Shown: positions 9,413 through 19,537, counted from the stretch's first letter. The stretch is 64,000 nucleotides of DNA from Patescibacteria group bacterium (GCA_038064015.1 JBBTUB010000023.1:369-64368), one strand, 5' to 3'. The notes: generated by a model not told the origin, from the sequence alone. Made by a program: numbers and translations.

Positions 9413-10386
9413 CCGCGCACGACCGAAGTAAGCGGGTCGTCGATGATTTTGACGGGGAGATTGGTCTCGTGATTAATCAGTTCGTCCAGTCCGCGAAGTA
9501 AGCTGCCCCCGCCGGCCAAGATGATGCTTCGATTGATAAGATCCGCGATCAGTTCAGGCGGAGTTTCCTCGATGGTATTTTTGATCGCCACGACGATCGC
9601 GCGGATGGAGCCGTGCATCGCTTTGCGGATCTCTTGAGAATTCACGCTGATTTCTTTGGGAAGTCCCGTCAGCACATCACGCCCCCGCACGCGCATGGTG
9701 AGTTCTTCAGCCAGCGGGTACGCCGAACCGACGGTAAGCTTGATCGTCTCCGCGGTCATTTCACCGATGAGCATATTGTGCTCATCGCGGACAAATTGCG
9801 TGATATCGGTGGTGAGGCGGTCGCCCGCGATTTTCAGTGACCGTGAAGCAACGACGCCTCCCATGGAAATCACCGCCACGTCCGTGGTGCCTCCGCCAAT
9901 GTCCACCACAAAATTCGCTGCCGCTTCTTGGACGGGCAACCGAGCACCCAGGGCGGCGGCCATCGGTTCTTCAATCAGGTAGACCTCTCGCGCGCCGGCA
10001 TTGTACGCGGCGTCTTCGACGGCTTTTTTCTCGACCTCCGTGATACTGGCAGGAATTCCTATTACCACACGAGGACGCGGGACAAGGGTAAAAGATTTTT
10101 GGTGGGCACGATCAATGAAATATTTGAGCATCTGCTCGGTCACTTCAAAGTCCGAGACAACGCCGGCGATCAAAGGCTTGGAGACCTGGATGAACCCGGG
10201 CGTACGGCCAACCATCTTTCGTGCCTCCTGGCCGATTGCCAGTATTTGCCCGGTTTTTTTATTGATCGCGACAATCGACGGCTCATTGATGATGATGCCT
10301 TCATTCTTTACGTATACCAATGTATTGGCAGTACCGAGGTCAATGCCAATGTCTTTTGAAAAAAGCCCGAAAAGCTTGTTGAGCAT
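9337..10386 (-). CDS. mreB: actin-like rod shape-determining protein MreB
   Basis: IGIDLGTANTLVY, DIGGGTTDVAVIS and ILAGGGSLLRGLDELI are canonical MreB/actin-fold motifs. Confidence 0.95.
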   Translation of the reverse strand: MLNKLFGLFSKDIGIDLGTANTLVYVKNEGIIINEPSIVAINKKTGQILAIGQEARKMVGRTPGFIQVSKPLIAGVVSDFEVTEQMLKYFIDRAHQKSFTLVPRPRVVIGIPASITEVEKKAVEDAAYNAGAREVYLIEEPMAAALGARLPVQEAAANFVVDIGGGTTDVAVISMGGVVASRSLKIAGDRLTTDITQFVRDEHNMLIGEMTAETIKLTVGSAYPLAEELTMRVRGRDVLTGLPKEISVNSQEIRKAMHGSIRAIVVAIKNTIEETPPELIADLINRSIILAGGGSLLRGLDELINHETNLPVKIIDDPLTSVVRGCGMVLEHIEELKPILVWSAKEAYI

Positions 10387-10390
10387 GGAG

Positions 10391-11587
10391 CTACTGTAGC
10401 ATAGCTGCCAGCTCCGTCAAAGGCACGATCTTGGACTCTTCAGCGCCACGTTTTTTTACTTCGATACCCTGATGTTCTAAAGTTTTTTTGCTGACCACCA
10501 GCCGTATCGGGCACCCGATCAAATCCGCATCAGCAAATTTCTCTCCGGCAGATTTATCGGGCCTATCGTCATAGAGCATAGAACCTGGATCATAGAGTTT
10601 TTCTGCCTCTTGTTCTCCACCCGGCAAAGCAATGAGATGCGCGCGAAATGGCGCGAGCGTCCGGGGCCAGATCATGCCGCGATCATCATGATGCACCTCG
10701 ACAACCGTCCCTAGCACCCGGCTCAAGCCGATGCCATAGCAACCCATGACGACATGTTTCTTCTCGCCTGCTGCATCAGTGAATTGCAAATTCAGCGCCT
10801 CGCTATACTTCGTGCCAAGCGGGAAAATATTGCCAACTTCGATAGATTTCTCTTCTACTAACTCCTCGCCACATTTTGGACAAGATTTCTCGTCGGCGAT
10901 TTCTGTGTTGATCGCCCACGAGCATTTTGGACACAACAAAATCAAATCTTCGCCGGCTTTGGTGAGTACCTGGAATTCATGCGTATTGCTCGTGGTGAAG
11001 TCTCCGCCGGCCGCGACCGTGTAGTATGCTTTCAGCCCGCAGCGCTCAAAAATCTTTCGATATGCTTCGCCTACTTTGGCATAATAGTCCAAGAAATCGC
11101 CTTCATCAGCGTGAAAGCTGTACATGTCTTTCATGAGAAATTCCCGCCCGCGCAACAGTCCCGACTTGGCACGCGCTTCGTTGCGAAACTTGGTCTGAAA
11201 CTGATACGCGGCAAATGGCAAATCATGATACGAGCTGGTATATCGCCCCGCCATGGCCGTCAAAATCTCTTCATGCGACCATCCGAGAATAAAATTATCG
11301 TCGCCCGTCTTAAACCCCACCTTAATATCAGCCCGCCCCGCGGCTTCGTAGTATTTTTTGTCGATAAGCGCAGGCATGAGCATCTCCGTCCCGCCCACCG
11401 CGTTCATCTCTTCTCTGATAATCGCTTTGATTTTCTCCAGCACCCGAAATCCCAGCGGCATATACGTATAGATCCCCGCGGAATTTTTATACACAAATCC
11501 CCCACGCTCAAGCAATTGCGCATTGACGCTGACTTCATCAGCGGGATTCTCGCGAGTGGTGCGGGTAAAAAGCTTAGAAAGGCGCAT
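10391..11587 (-). CDS. proS: prolyl-tRNA synthetase, minimal form with no editing insertion and a CxxC...CxxC zinc-ribbon insert
   Basis: Class II motifs are present (FRNEARAKSGLLRGREFLMKD; GCYGIGLSRVLG) with an anticodon-binding domain. At only 398 aa there is no INS domain. The CPKCSWAINTEIADEKSCPKCGEEL insert is Zn-ribbon-like. Confidence 0.88.
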   Translation of the reverse strand: MRLSKLFTRTTRENPADEVSVNAQLLERGGFVYKNSAGIYTYMPLGFRVLEKIKAIIREEMNAVGGTEMLMPALIDKKYYEAAGRADIKVGFKTGDDNFILGWSHEEILTAMAGRYTSSYHDLPFAAYQFQTKFRNEARAKSGLLRGREFLMKDMYSFHADEGDFLDYYAKVGEAYRKIFERCGLKAYYTVAAGGDFTTSNTHEFQVLTKAGEDLILLCPKCSWAINTEIADEKSCPKCGEELVEEKSIEVGNIFPLGTKYSEALNLQFTDAAGEKKHVVMGCYGIGLSRVLGTVVEVHHDDRGMIWPRTLAPFRAHLIALPGGEQEAEKLYDPGSMLYDDRPDKSAGEKFADADLIGCPIRLVVSKKTLEHQGIEVKKRGAEESKIVPLTELAAMLQ

Positions 11588-11602
11588 GGGGCTAGTATAT
11601 CA

Positions 11603-12277
11603 CTACTCTTTCTTTTTTATAAGCGTCCGTTCCCAGTCAACGGGCGTCACTGAAATGACTTTTTTATGTTCAAAATCAATTTTTACGATCATGTCCTTGA
11701 GATGCCATGGACGAATAATTCCTTCCTCCTCGAATTTCAAGCTAAGTTCAGCCATCTCCATCGTTGCTTGAGTAACAATTTCGTCAATGTCTTGCAAACT
11801 AAACCCGTGCCGTATGAGATTTTGCTTCGCTTCATCGGCAACTCCTTCTTTTTCCACGAAAAGGCGCTCACCCTCAAGACGCTCCATCACCAGTAAATGC
11901 TGACCATCTTTTTCAATTCGAGCAAGCGGACGCGCGCACGGCAGATGATGCTCTTGAATATGCGTCATGATTTCAAATTCGTGAAGCGGGTTTTGCGTCT
12001 CTCCAATTTGATGCCTTTGTAGATTTACTTTTTTTCCCACAACTCTGACAGGGATATCTGTATCTTTTAATTTCCAATCAGGTAGGTCCCTCACGGCGCG
12101 ATGATTCCGCGCGACAATACCTTCTACGTATCTAACTTTATCTCCAGGCCTTGTATTTTTTCCCTCACGCTCAAAATATCCAAAAGGATCATTTAAGAAT
12201 TCGTCTGGAGCAACGACTTCGGCATCAACGAAGATAATTTCTTTACGTGATTGTAACTCCGCGCTTTCCCTACTCAT
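11603..12277 (-). CDS. hypothetical protein, protein-kinase-like fold (RIO/Kdo-kinase-like)
   Basis: It has the LLVMERLEGERL hinge, an RPWHLKDMIVKIDFEH region (HxD-like plus DF-like) and a VRVVGKKV lysine. Only the fold is assigned. Confidence 0.35.
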   Translation of the reverse strand: MSRESAELQSRKEIIFVDAEVVAPDEFLNDPFGYFEREGKNTRPGDKVRYVEGIVARNHRAVRDLPDWKLKDTDIPVRVVGKKVNLQRHQIGETQNPLHEFEIMTHIQEHHLPCARPLARIEKDGQHLLVMERLEGERLFVEKEGVADEAKQNLIRHGFSLQDIDEIVTQATMEMAELSLKFEEEGIIRPWHLKDMIVKIDFEHKKVISVTPVDWERTLIKKKE

Positions 12278-12278
12278 A

Positions 12279-13316
12279 CTAGAGGAATTTCAAAACATCT
12301 TTTGCCGTGATGAAGAACATCAGCAATAAAAGGAGGACAAAGCCGACTGCATTGAAGCCGTTTTCGACGCGGCGGGGCAGCGGGCTGCCTTTGATTTTTT
12401 CGATGATGAGGAAGAGGAAGCGGCCACCATCAAGCGCCGGGAACGGCACGACGTTGATCACCGCGAGGTTGAGCGAAATAATTGCCATGAATTGGATAAG
12501 ATAGACAAGTCCGAGACGTGCCGCTTCGCCTGCAAAAATCGCAATACCCACCGGCCCGGCGATTTCTACGCCTGCTTTGCCGGTAGTAAAAAGATGCTTC
12601 AATAATCCCGCAAATCCGGCTGCCATCGCCCACGTCCCCTTCACGGCATCCACGGCACCTCGCCACAATGCTTGGTGCCAGGGATATTTTTGGATCTTTT
12701 CCAGTTCTGCGAAGCTGATTCCCACCGCGCCCTCGCCGGGAGGAGGATTGGTGCGCGGTGTCATCGTAAGCGTGAGTACCTCTTTTTTAATAAAAAACTT
12801 TGTTCTTCGAACCGAGATTGAGATAGATTGCCCTTTATGATCGGCAATGAATTTTTGTGCAACGTTGATGTTTTCAAAGCCCAAGAGTTCATCATATTTT
12901 TTCATGCCGGCTTCACTGGCGGGACTTTTGGGAGCAATTTCCCGGATGACAATCTTGGAATCCGCCCCTCGCATGTTAACAATCGCCAAAAGGACTGCCG
13001 CCAGTATGACGTTCATGACTACCCCAGCCAAAATAACGCTCGCCCGCCTCCAAAAACTTTTCGTGCTAAAACTCTTCTGATCGACTCGATCATCGCCATC
13101 CTCACCTTGGATTTTTACGAATCCCCCAAACGGTATCGCGTTGATCGTATAGGTTGTCTCGCTATTCTTGGGTTTATACCCCCAAAGTCTCGGCGGAAAC
13201 CCGAAGCCAAACTCCTCCACCTTCATCCCCGCCCGCTTCGCCATCACAAAATGCCCCAGTTCGTGGACAAAGACGATCACCGACAGGACGATAATAAAAA
13301 TAATCGCGGTAATCAT
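12279..13316 (-). CDS. rseP: site-2 protease, M50 family (RseP-like)
   Basis: It carries the HELGHFVMAK zinc motif, multiple TM segments and a PDZ-like middle region. Confidence 0.85.
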   Translation of the reverse strand: MITAIIFIIVLSVIVFVHELGHFVMAKRAGMKVEEFGFGFPPRLWGYKPKNSETTYTINAIPFGGFVKIQGEDGDDRVDQKSFSTKSFWRRASVILAGVVMNVILAAVLLAIVNMRGADSKIVIREIAPKSPASEAGMKKYDELLGFENINVAQKFIADHKGQSISISVRRTKFFIKKEVLTLTMTPRTNPPPGEGAVGISFAELEKIQKYPWHQALWRGAVDAVKGTWAMAAGFAGLLKHLFTTGKAGVEIAGPVGIAIFAGEAARLGLVYLIQFMAIISLNLAVINVVPFPALDGGRFLFLIIEKIKGSPLPRRVENGFNAVGFVLLLLLMFFITAKDVLKFL

Positions 13317-13633
13317 GCGGTCTTGGGTGCATGACCCTCGAGTTTCCTTTCAACTTTGGTAAGTCTCTCCTCAAAGCCTTTTTGACCAACCTTGATAGCT
13401 GCAACATCATCGATAAGCTTCTCCTGGCCTTTTTTTAAATCTTTAATATCGTCCTGGATTGCAGGAATCACGCTGACAAACTCAAGAATCGTCTTGATAT
13501 TGCTCGCCATATCCTCATGCATGACCTCCCGCTCTTTTTTCTTTGTTATGACAGGCATAGTCCAATTGTAGTCGAGATAATGTAATGGGTCAAACCATGG
13601 CCGCGACAGTTCATTTCTCAAACGCAGAAACAA
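13313..13633 (-). CDS. hypothetical coiled-coil protein (start uncertain; may begin at MPVITKK, 13558)
   Basis: ORF with an ATGA overlap with rseP. The product is charged and helical. No homolog recognised. Confidence 0.4.
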   Translation of the reverse strand: MFLRLRNELSRPWFDPLHYLDYNWTMPVITKKKEREVMHEDMASNIKTILEFVSVIPAIQDDIKDLKKGQEKLIDDVAAIKVGQKGFEERLTKVERKLEGHAPKTA

Positions 13634-14531
13634 GTACTTTCTTAATCGCGCCTGTTCTTAGCCCCTCTAAGTCTCTATAAGTATTCTGCAATATTCGTAA
13701 TCCGGCTTTTTTGCCTGCTTGCCCGATGGAATCTTTAAAAATATCGATAAATGCAGGTTCAGCTCTCAAATATCGAGTTATCCCAGCCAGCGAGGATAGC
13801 TCCTCGATAATCCTCCAGAAACCCTCTTGATCCCCTCCTCCATGTTCAAGTAAAATCAACTGATGGATGTAGGTTGGATCTTCTAGATTCTCTCGTATAT
13901 TCTGAGCGAACTGTGCGCCTTCTTTTCGATTAATATATTCAAATAATTCATTCAGGCGCGATCGGTGGATTGTATAATATCGCATGTTACCTTGGTCGAG
14001 ATAGGGTATAGGAATTTTGCCCATCTTCATAAACTGGTCCAAAATAACAAGGCTATTTGGGCGCAGGTCTAAAAGATGTAAAAACCTTCCTCCTGGTTTT
14101 AAAACCCTCCTCAATTCGGAAAATGCGGTCGCTAAGTCGTCGTCAAAAAGCGTATCAAATGAGGCCAGAGAAAGAACGTTCGCAAGACTTTCATCTCCGA
14201 ATGGCAATTTCAGAGCATCCGCCCGTACCCGATTACCTTCGTACAATCGATTATTAGATCTAAAAATTGCTTCTGAGTTTTCTGTTTCAATAATTCTCGA
14301 ATCCTGTGTTATTGACTTCAACGCACCATCACCAGCACCAAGTTCGATAATGGGCTCCTGATTGTTAAAAAATTGCTCGAAGAGTTTTGCGCAAAGCGAC
14401 TTCATTGACTCGGTCGTTTCTGCTCTTACTTTTCTAAAACGATCAAAATGACGTGGATCTCCCCAACTCGCTTTTGTTAATGTCTTATACTCCTCCGGAA
14501 CTCCAGCATGTTTTCCTGATTCTCGGATCAT
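13611..14531 (-). CDS. class I SAM-dependent methyltransferase
   Basis: IIELGAGDGA is the glycine-rich SAM motif I. LKPGGRFLHL is the post-II motif. Confidence 0.75.
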   Translation of the reverse strand: MIRESGKHAGVPEEYKTLTKASWGDPRHFDRFRKVRAETTESMKSLCAKLFEQFFNNQEPIIELGAGDGALKSITQDSRIIETENSEAIFRSNNRLYEGNRVRADALKLPFGDESLANVLSLASFDTLFDDDLATAFSELRRVLKPGGRFLHLLDLRPNSLVILDQFMKMGKIPIPYLDQGNMRYYTIHRSRLNELFEYINRKEGAQFAQNIRENLEDPTYIHQLILLEHGGGDQEGFWRIIEELSSLAGITRYLRAEPAFIDIFKDSIGQAGKKAGLRILQNTYRDLEGLRTGAIKKVLVSAFEK

Positions 14532-14537
14532 AGGCGA

Positions 14538-15095
14538 TCATGTCATCAATTCCCCTTCTTTTTTCTTCTCAAGCTCTTCAATCTTGCGGTTGTGCTCGTC
14601 GACGATTTTTTGGAGGTCTTCGCGGCCGCGGAACTTTTCGTCTTCGCGGATCTCGCCGTCTTGCGCCATCGTCTGGATTTTTTCCCACATTTCTTCCCGC
14701 AAGCGGCGGATTTTTACTTTTGATTCTTCAGATTTCGCTTTGAGCATTTTGATAAAGTCCTTTCGGCGCTCTTCGGTCAGGGACGGGATCGACAATCGGA
14801 TAATCTCCCCGTCCACGACGGGATTGAGGCCGATGTCCGACTTGCGGATGGCGGCGGAAATCGGCTCCAGCGTGCCTTTGTCCCATGGCTGGATGACCAA
14901 GGTGCGCGGCTCAGGCGTCGCAAGCGATGCGAGCTCTTTGATATGCATCTTTTGCCCATACGCGTCCACGATGATGTCTTCCGCAAGTGCCGGCGTCGCT
15001 CTTCCCGTCCGAATCGAAGCGATGTCGGATTTATAAAAATCAATAATATGGTCAAAATCGCTTTTGTGCTTGGTAAAGATGTCTTTGAGTGTCAT
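14538..15095 (-). CDS. frr: ribosome recycling factor
   Basis: The product begins MTLKDIFTKHKSDFDHIIDFYKSDIASIRTGRA and matches RRF in length and pattern. The ORF-track start at 15227 is an upstream extension. Confidence 0.9.
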   Translation of the reverse strand: MTLKDIFTKHKSDFDHIIDFYKSDIASIRTGRATPALAEDIIVDAYGQKMHIKELASLATPEPRTLVIQPWDKGTLEPISAAIRKSDIGLNPVVDGEIIRLSIPSLTEERRKDFIKMLKAKSEESKVKIRRLREEMWEKIQTMAQDGEIREDEKFRGREDLQKIVDEHNRKIEELEKKKEGELMT

Positions 15096-15097
15096 TG

Positions 15098-15844
15098 CTA
15101 TAATTCTAGCATAAACTGCTCCAAAGCCAATTGCTTGCCGAATTGCGGCTTGGAGATGGTGTTGTAAAGCTCGAGCAACCCTCGAAGCGGCTTGTAAAGC
15201 TTTTTCGTGCGCAGGTAGAGCATCCAAAAAAGAATTTTTTGCGGAAGTGACTCGTCCTCGGCAAGTTGCTGCGCCGCCGTAAATCGCTGGCTGATATCGG
15301 CTTGAGAGAGCTTCGTAAATTCCTCGGCGTATGCTTTAATTTTTTGGTAGTCAAGATTATAGAGCAGGCCGATACTGCCATTCGAAAATTCATACAGAAA
15401 ATCTTGCTGAGCCTTGGAAAGCTTAGTCGTTGCGAAAAATTCATCGTAGACCTTCCTGCCATGTGCCGGGAAAAAAAATTGCTGGCATCGCGAGAGAATC
15501 GTGGGCAAGAGCGAGTCGGGACTCGACGTGACGAGAATGCAGATCGAGCTTCGATTTGGCTCTTCAAGCATTTTCAAAAGAGCATTTTGCGCATCTTCAG
15601 TAAGCTTTTCTGCATGATCGATGATGGCGATTTTTGCCGTGCCGGCAAATGGCGTGAGGGATAAGAATTGCTTCACGTCCCGGATCGCGTCGATCAAAGG
15701 CGAATCAACCAGTACGATATCGGACGCGTCTGCGATATCATGCGCGAGCTCAAGCGCGTACGTTTTTTTGCCAATCATCTCCGGCCCCGCAAAAAGATAC
15801 GAACCGGGAACCAGGGTCATCGATTGAAAACCAAGGGTCTTCAT
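15098..15844 (-). CDS. holB: DNA polymerase III delta-prime subunit
   Basis: AAA+ clamp-loader features: GPEMIGKKTYALELA and LLKMLEEPNRSSICILVTSSPDSLLPTILSRCQ. Confidence 0.8.
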   Translation of the reverse strand: MKTLGFQSMTLVPGSYLFAGPEMIGKKTYALELAHDIADASDIVLVDSPLIDAIRDVKQFLSLTPFAGTAKIAIIDHAEKLTEDAQNALLKMLEEPNRSSICILVTSSPDSLLPTILSRCQQFFFPAHGRKVYDEFFATTKLSKAQQDFLYEFSNGSIGLLYNLDYQKIKAYAEEFTKLSQADISQRFTAAQQLAEDESLPQKILFWMLYLRTKKLYKPLRGLLELYNTISKPQFGKQLALEQFMLEL

Positions 15845-16842
15845 GCGACATCAAGCAATTCTTTTGCGATGATCGCCGCGGCATCGGGCTTGGCAAATGC
15901 TTTTACTTTTTGGCCAAGTTCCAGGCGTTGTTCATAGGCAAGGTTGATTTCGTTCATCAGGATATGCGGCGTGAGATTGTCTTGCTCGACAATGATCGCG
16001 CCATGTTGCGCGAATTCAAGCGCGTTGGTCATCTGGTGGTTCTGGGCGGAACCGTCCAGCGGCACGAGAATCGCCGGCTTCCCCGCCACGGCAATTTCAA
16101 AAATAGCCGATCCCGCGCGGGATACCACGACATCCGCGTCGGCGTACGCCTGCGCCATCTGCTGGACATCCCATGATCCGTCTTTTTGATGGATCACAAA
16201 GAATTTTTTAGAAAGCTCCGCCATCGCAAGATCAACAACTTCATTGATCGCTTGAGCGCCTTGGCTACCACCGGTGATGAAGACAACCGGCTTATCATAG
16301 GCTCGTCGCTCGCGGGGCACGATAAGCTCGGGCCGGATCGGATTGCCGATAACTTCGGTGCGATCGGGCTTAAAATACTGCCGCGCATGATCAAAGGCGA
16401 GGTAGACGCGACGGCAATGTCGCCCCCAAAAAAGATTGACTTTACCCGGCACCGAGTCTGACTCATGGACGATAATGGGCACAAAGAGCAACTTTGCCGC
16501 CAGGGCGGGCAAAAATGAAGCGTAGCCGCCTTTGACCAGCATGACGTCAGGCATATAGGCCCACACGTGGATAAACGCTTGGAGCAGCCCCAGAGGGATT
16601 TTGAAAAGATCAAGAATATTCTTGTAGCTGGCGTAGCGTCGCCACTTGGGTGCGATGACGCGGCGGAAAGGAAGATTGAGGTCCTTGGCCGCCCGCGCCA
16701 TGAGTTCGCCATCGCCGATAAAGCGGATACCAATTTTTTTATTGATTTTTACTTCTTGGACAAGCAGTTCTTCCGCTACGGCAACAAGCGGATACACATG
16801 CCCGCCCGTTCCCCCGCCTGCCAACATAATCCTGAATGACAT
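15841..16842 (-). CDS. murG: UDP-GlcNAc:lipid I N-acetylglucosaminyltransferase MurG
   Basis: It starts MLAGGGTGGHVYPLVAVAEEL (G-loop) and ends in a GT-B C-terminal domain. Confidence 0.9.
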   Translation of the reverse strand: MSFRIMLAGGGTGGHVYPLVAVAEELLVQEVKINKKIGIRFIGDGELMARAAKDLNLPFRRVIAPKWRRYASYKNILDLFKIPLGLLQAFIHVWAYMPDVMLVKGGYASFLPALAAKLLFVPIIVHESDSVPGKVNLFWGRHCRRVYLAFDHARQYFKPDRTEVIGNPIRPELIVPRERRAYDKPVVFITGGSQGAQAINEVVDLAMAELSKKFFVIHQKDGSWDVQQMAQAYADADVVVSRAGSAIFEIAVAGKPAILVPLDGSAQNHQMTNALEFAQHGAIIVEQDNLTPHILMNEINLAYEQRLELGQKVKAFAKPDAAAIIAKELLDVA

Positions 16843-16863
16843 AAATTCTATACTACCATAATT

Positions 16864-17517
16864 CTACTTCACATGCTGGGTCGGCTGGACGGCGTGCTCA
16901 CGCCGATGACGGATGTCGACACGATGAGTTTGCCGAATCGCGCGAAGTTTTTTAAAGTCGCTATAGAGCGGGATGAGCAGTACGGTGGAAACATATCCCA
17001 GGCACGCGAGCAGGATCAGCACGGGAATGAAGCCGAACCGATCCGCGAGCAACGACCCGAGGTACCCGCTGGAGCCCACCGCGAGGCCAATCGCGATATC
17101 TTGAAGCGACCATTCATAACCCGTTGCGCCTTTATCCAGATGATCTGTAAAAAGAATGCGCCAACCGGGAACCGCCATGGAGTTACCGATGCCATGCAAA
17201 AATTGGATGACATATAATTGCCATGGTACATGCGCGAAAATAAGAAGCAGTGGCACGGTTGAAATCATCAAGGTACCAAAAATCGTAAAATAAAATTCAT
17301 CGCGCTCCCCGGCGGTACGATCCATGAAGCGAGAAAGCGGCGTCGTCGAGAGAATGCGCGCAAACCAATAGATACTCGTCGCGGTACCGATGACCCGCAA
17401 TGAGCTGCCTTCGACATTTTGGAGTACGAAAACTGCAAAAACAGGAGCTAATAGCCCGAATGCAAAGTTTAGAACAAGATCATACGCGATGAGATAGCGA
17501 ATGACGCGATTAATCAT
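16864..17517 (-). CDS. 6-TM membrane protein resembling one half of an MFS transporter
   Basis: Six hydrophobic spans with an MFS motif-A-like GSLLADRFG. At 217 aa it is a half-size protein or a fragment. Confidence 0.45.
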   Translation of the reverse strand: MINRVIRYLIAYDLVLNFAFGLLAPVFAVFVLQNVEGSSLRVIGTATSIYWFARILSTTPLSRFMDRTAGERDEFYFTIFGTLMISTVPLLLIFAHVPWQLYVIQFLHGIGNSMAVPGWRILFTDHLDKGATGYEWSLQDIAIGLAVGSSGYLGSLLADRFGFIPVLILLACLGYVSTVLLIPLYSDFKKLRAIRQTHRVDIRHRREHAVQPTQHVK

Positions 17518-18322
17518 GAGCTAAAAGCTTGGCGCTGCGCGCGGTAAAGTATGCGGCAGCTACTGAAGTTCCTGCAATAGTTTTATACTCACCGGTTTCC
17601 CACGCATCAATAGTACCACGAGAACTCCACTCGGCGGGCGTTCCATTTTTGCTAAGCGCCCCGACGGCGGTGACACGGGGATATCGCGCAGGATACTCGA
17701 TACTGTCGGCAAATGGGCCGTTATTGCCCGCGGCTGCGACCAGGAGCACATCGCGATCAGCCGCATACGCAATGGCACCGGCAATCAATGGCGAAGGCTG
17801 TTCCGATCCAAAGCTCATGTTAATAATGCGCGCCTTGGCATCAGTAGCAAGACGAATCGCGGCGGCAATATCATCAGAAAAGCAATTCCCCTGCTTATCA
17901 CAAACTTTATAGCTAACAAGCTTTACATTTCCGACCGAAGTGATGATCTCAGCCATTGAGGTCCCGTGACCATGGTCATCTTCCACTCCAAAGCCGGTAT
18001 CGAGAATCGCCACGATAACGCCGTCCTCATCGGAAGACGATTGAATAATTCGAGATTGAGCAGGAGTCGAAGCAGAAATCACAAACACTCCCGCGCGCTC
18101 AACATCGCCGAACATTCTCGCGACGCGCACCTGAAAAGGTGTGAGATCGGCTGAAAAAGAGTTCCCAAAATCATGCCGGATCATGCCAACCGCCTTTCGA
18201 GCCATACCGCTCGAGGATTTTACCAGGTAGCGGTTGGTTTCTCCGAAGGCATGGGCGGGGCGGGCGAGAAGCAAGAATAAGCAAAAAAAGAGCGCGAATG
18301 CAATATATTTTGCTGTTTTCAT
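17510..18322 (-). CDS. secreted subtilisin-like serine protease (peptidase S8)
   Basis: It has a signal peptide and the S8 catalytic triad motifs: AILDTG (Asp), HGHGTSMAE (His) and GTSVAAAY (Ser). Confidence 0.85.
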   Translation of the reverse strand: MKTAKYIAFALFFCLFLLLARPAHAFGETNRYLVKSSSGMARKAVGMIRHDFGNSFSADLTPFQVRVARMFGDVERAGVFVISASTPAQSRIIQSSSDEDGVIVAILDTGFGVEDDHGHGTSMAEIITSVGNVKLVSYKVCDKQGNCFSDDIAAAIRLATDAKARIINMSFGSEQPSPLIAGAIAYAADRDVLLVAAAGNNGPFADSIEYPARYPRVTAVGALSKNGTPAEWSSRGTIDAWETGEYKTIAGTSVAAAYFTARSAKLLAHD

Positions 18323-18328
18323 GGATGC

Positions 18329-19537
18329 CTATATGATATCAGAATCGAGTATGCCCAGCAATCCCCAGAACACCAATCCTCCTTGCTGGAGCGTCCAGAA
18401 GAAATGATCAAAAACGCCAAGCGCAAGAAACGCGGCCATGCCGACGATCACATACGGATTGGTACGCTGCGCCACGAACCAAACACCCAAAAAAATCAGG
18501 AATGCCAGAAATCCAGGTACTCCCATTTCGTCAACGACCAACAGATACATGCTATGCGCCGGCTGGTAAATAAATGCCGGATAATGGGGCAGTGACTTCA
18601 TCAGATCGGGCACAAATTGCCCGATGCCGATCCCCTGCACGAGGTGCCCTCGGGTGGCCTGGCCGGCAAGCTTTGCATAGAAAACTCGCTGAGCAACCGC
18701 TTCGTCTTCCGCATGAATGGAAAGTCGCGACTGTACCTGCGGCCACAAGACTGACGCAAATGTGATGCCGATCACGACGGTCAAAATCAAGGGCGCCCAA
18801 AAATCTTTGCGTTTCTGCCGGATCCAAAAGATCATCAGCATCACCAGCGTAGCGAGGATCCAAAATACGATGGCGACTCGAGAAAATGTGAGCAAGAAAG
18901 CAATCAGGATAATCGCATACGCGCCGAGAGCAAGTGAACGATGTTTGTTTTGCGTGAAGTAAAGCCACAGGGCGGCCCATAGGCCAATCATAAGAATTGC
19001 CGCAAGCACATTGGGATGTGGCGTCGTGCCATACGCGCGCAAAAAAAGCCGGCCCGCCGCGGGCACGACAGCAACGGCAGTGCCGTACGGATTCAAAACG
19101 CTTTCGCCCAAAATCGAAAAACCAACTTCATGTTGCAAAACATACTGCACAATGCCGATGAGCGCCTGAAATATGCACGATCCCACCCATACTGCGGCAA
19201 TCGCAGGGAGTGAGAGAATTTTTTGCTGCCGGAAAAAGAAAAAAAATGCGCTATACTCAGCGAGCTTGATGAAGCGATAGATCGCCACGGACACAAGATC
19301 GGCTTGCAAGATAGAAATCGCGGCAATGGCAAGAAATAAAATCAGAAACCGGTTTTTTTTGAAAATTGAAAATTGAAAATTGAAAATTAGAAGGATGACG
19401 AATAGTATGTCCGTCGCCCACAAAAATCCGGCCGTCCATTCGTTGAATGGCATGGTCCAACGAAATAAAACAAAACGTGCTTGAAACGGGATAGCGAGAA
19501 CAAACAGCGCGAGGAGAATTTTTTCGAATTTTTTCAC
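18329..19537 (-). CDS. O-antigen ligase-like (Wzy_C) polytopic membrane protein
   Basis: At least ten TM spans with a central periplasmic loop. LTFSRVAIVFWIL is typical of the O-antigen ligase/polymerase family. Confidence 0.55.
   Translation of the reverse strand: MKKFEKILLALFVLAIPFQARFVLFRWTMPFNEWTAGFLWATDILFVILLIFNFQFSIFKKNRFLILFLAIAAISILQADLVSVAIYRFIKLAEYSAFFFFFRQQKILSLPAIAAVWVGSCIFQALIGIVQYVLQHEVGFSILGESVLNPYGTAVAVVPAAGRLFLRAYGTTPHPNVLAAILMIGLWAALWLYFTQNKHRSLALGAYAIILIAFLLTFSRVAIVFWILATLVMLMIFWIRQKRKDFWAPLILTVVIGITFASVLWPQVQSRLSIHAEDEAVAQRVFYAKLAGQATRGHLVQGIGIGQFVPDLMKSLPHYPAFIYQPAHSMYLLVVDEMGVPGFLAFLIFLGVWFVAQRTNPYVIVGMAAFLALGVFDHFFWTLQQGGLVFWGLLGILDSDII
19361..19388. repeat. heptanucleotide tandem repeat (GAAAATT)x4, preceded by T8, inside the O-antigen-ligase-like CDS
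   Basis: Read directly from the sequence. It encodes FNFQFSIF. The unit length is not a multiple of 3. Confidence 0.9.
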
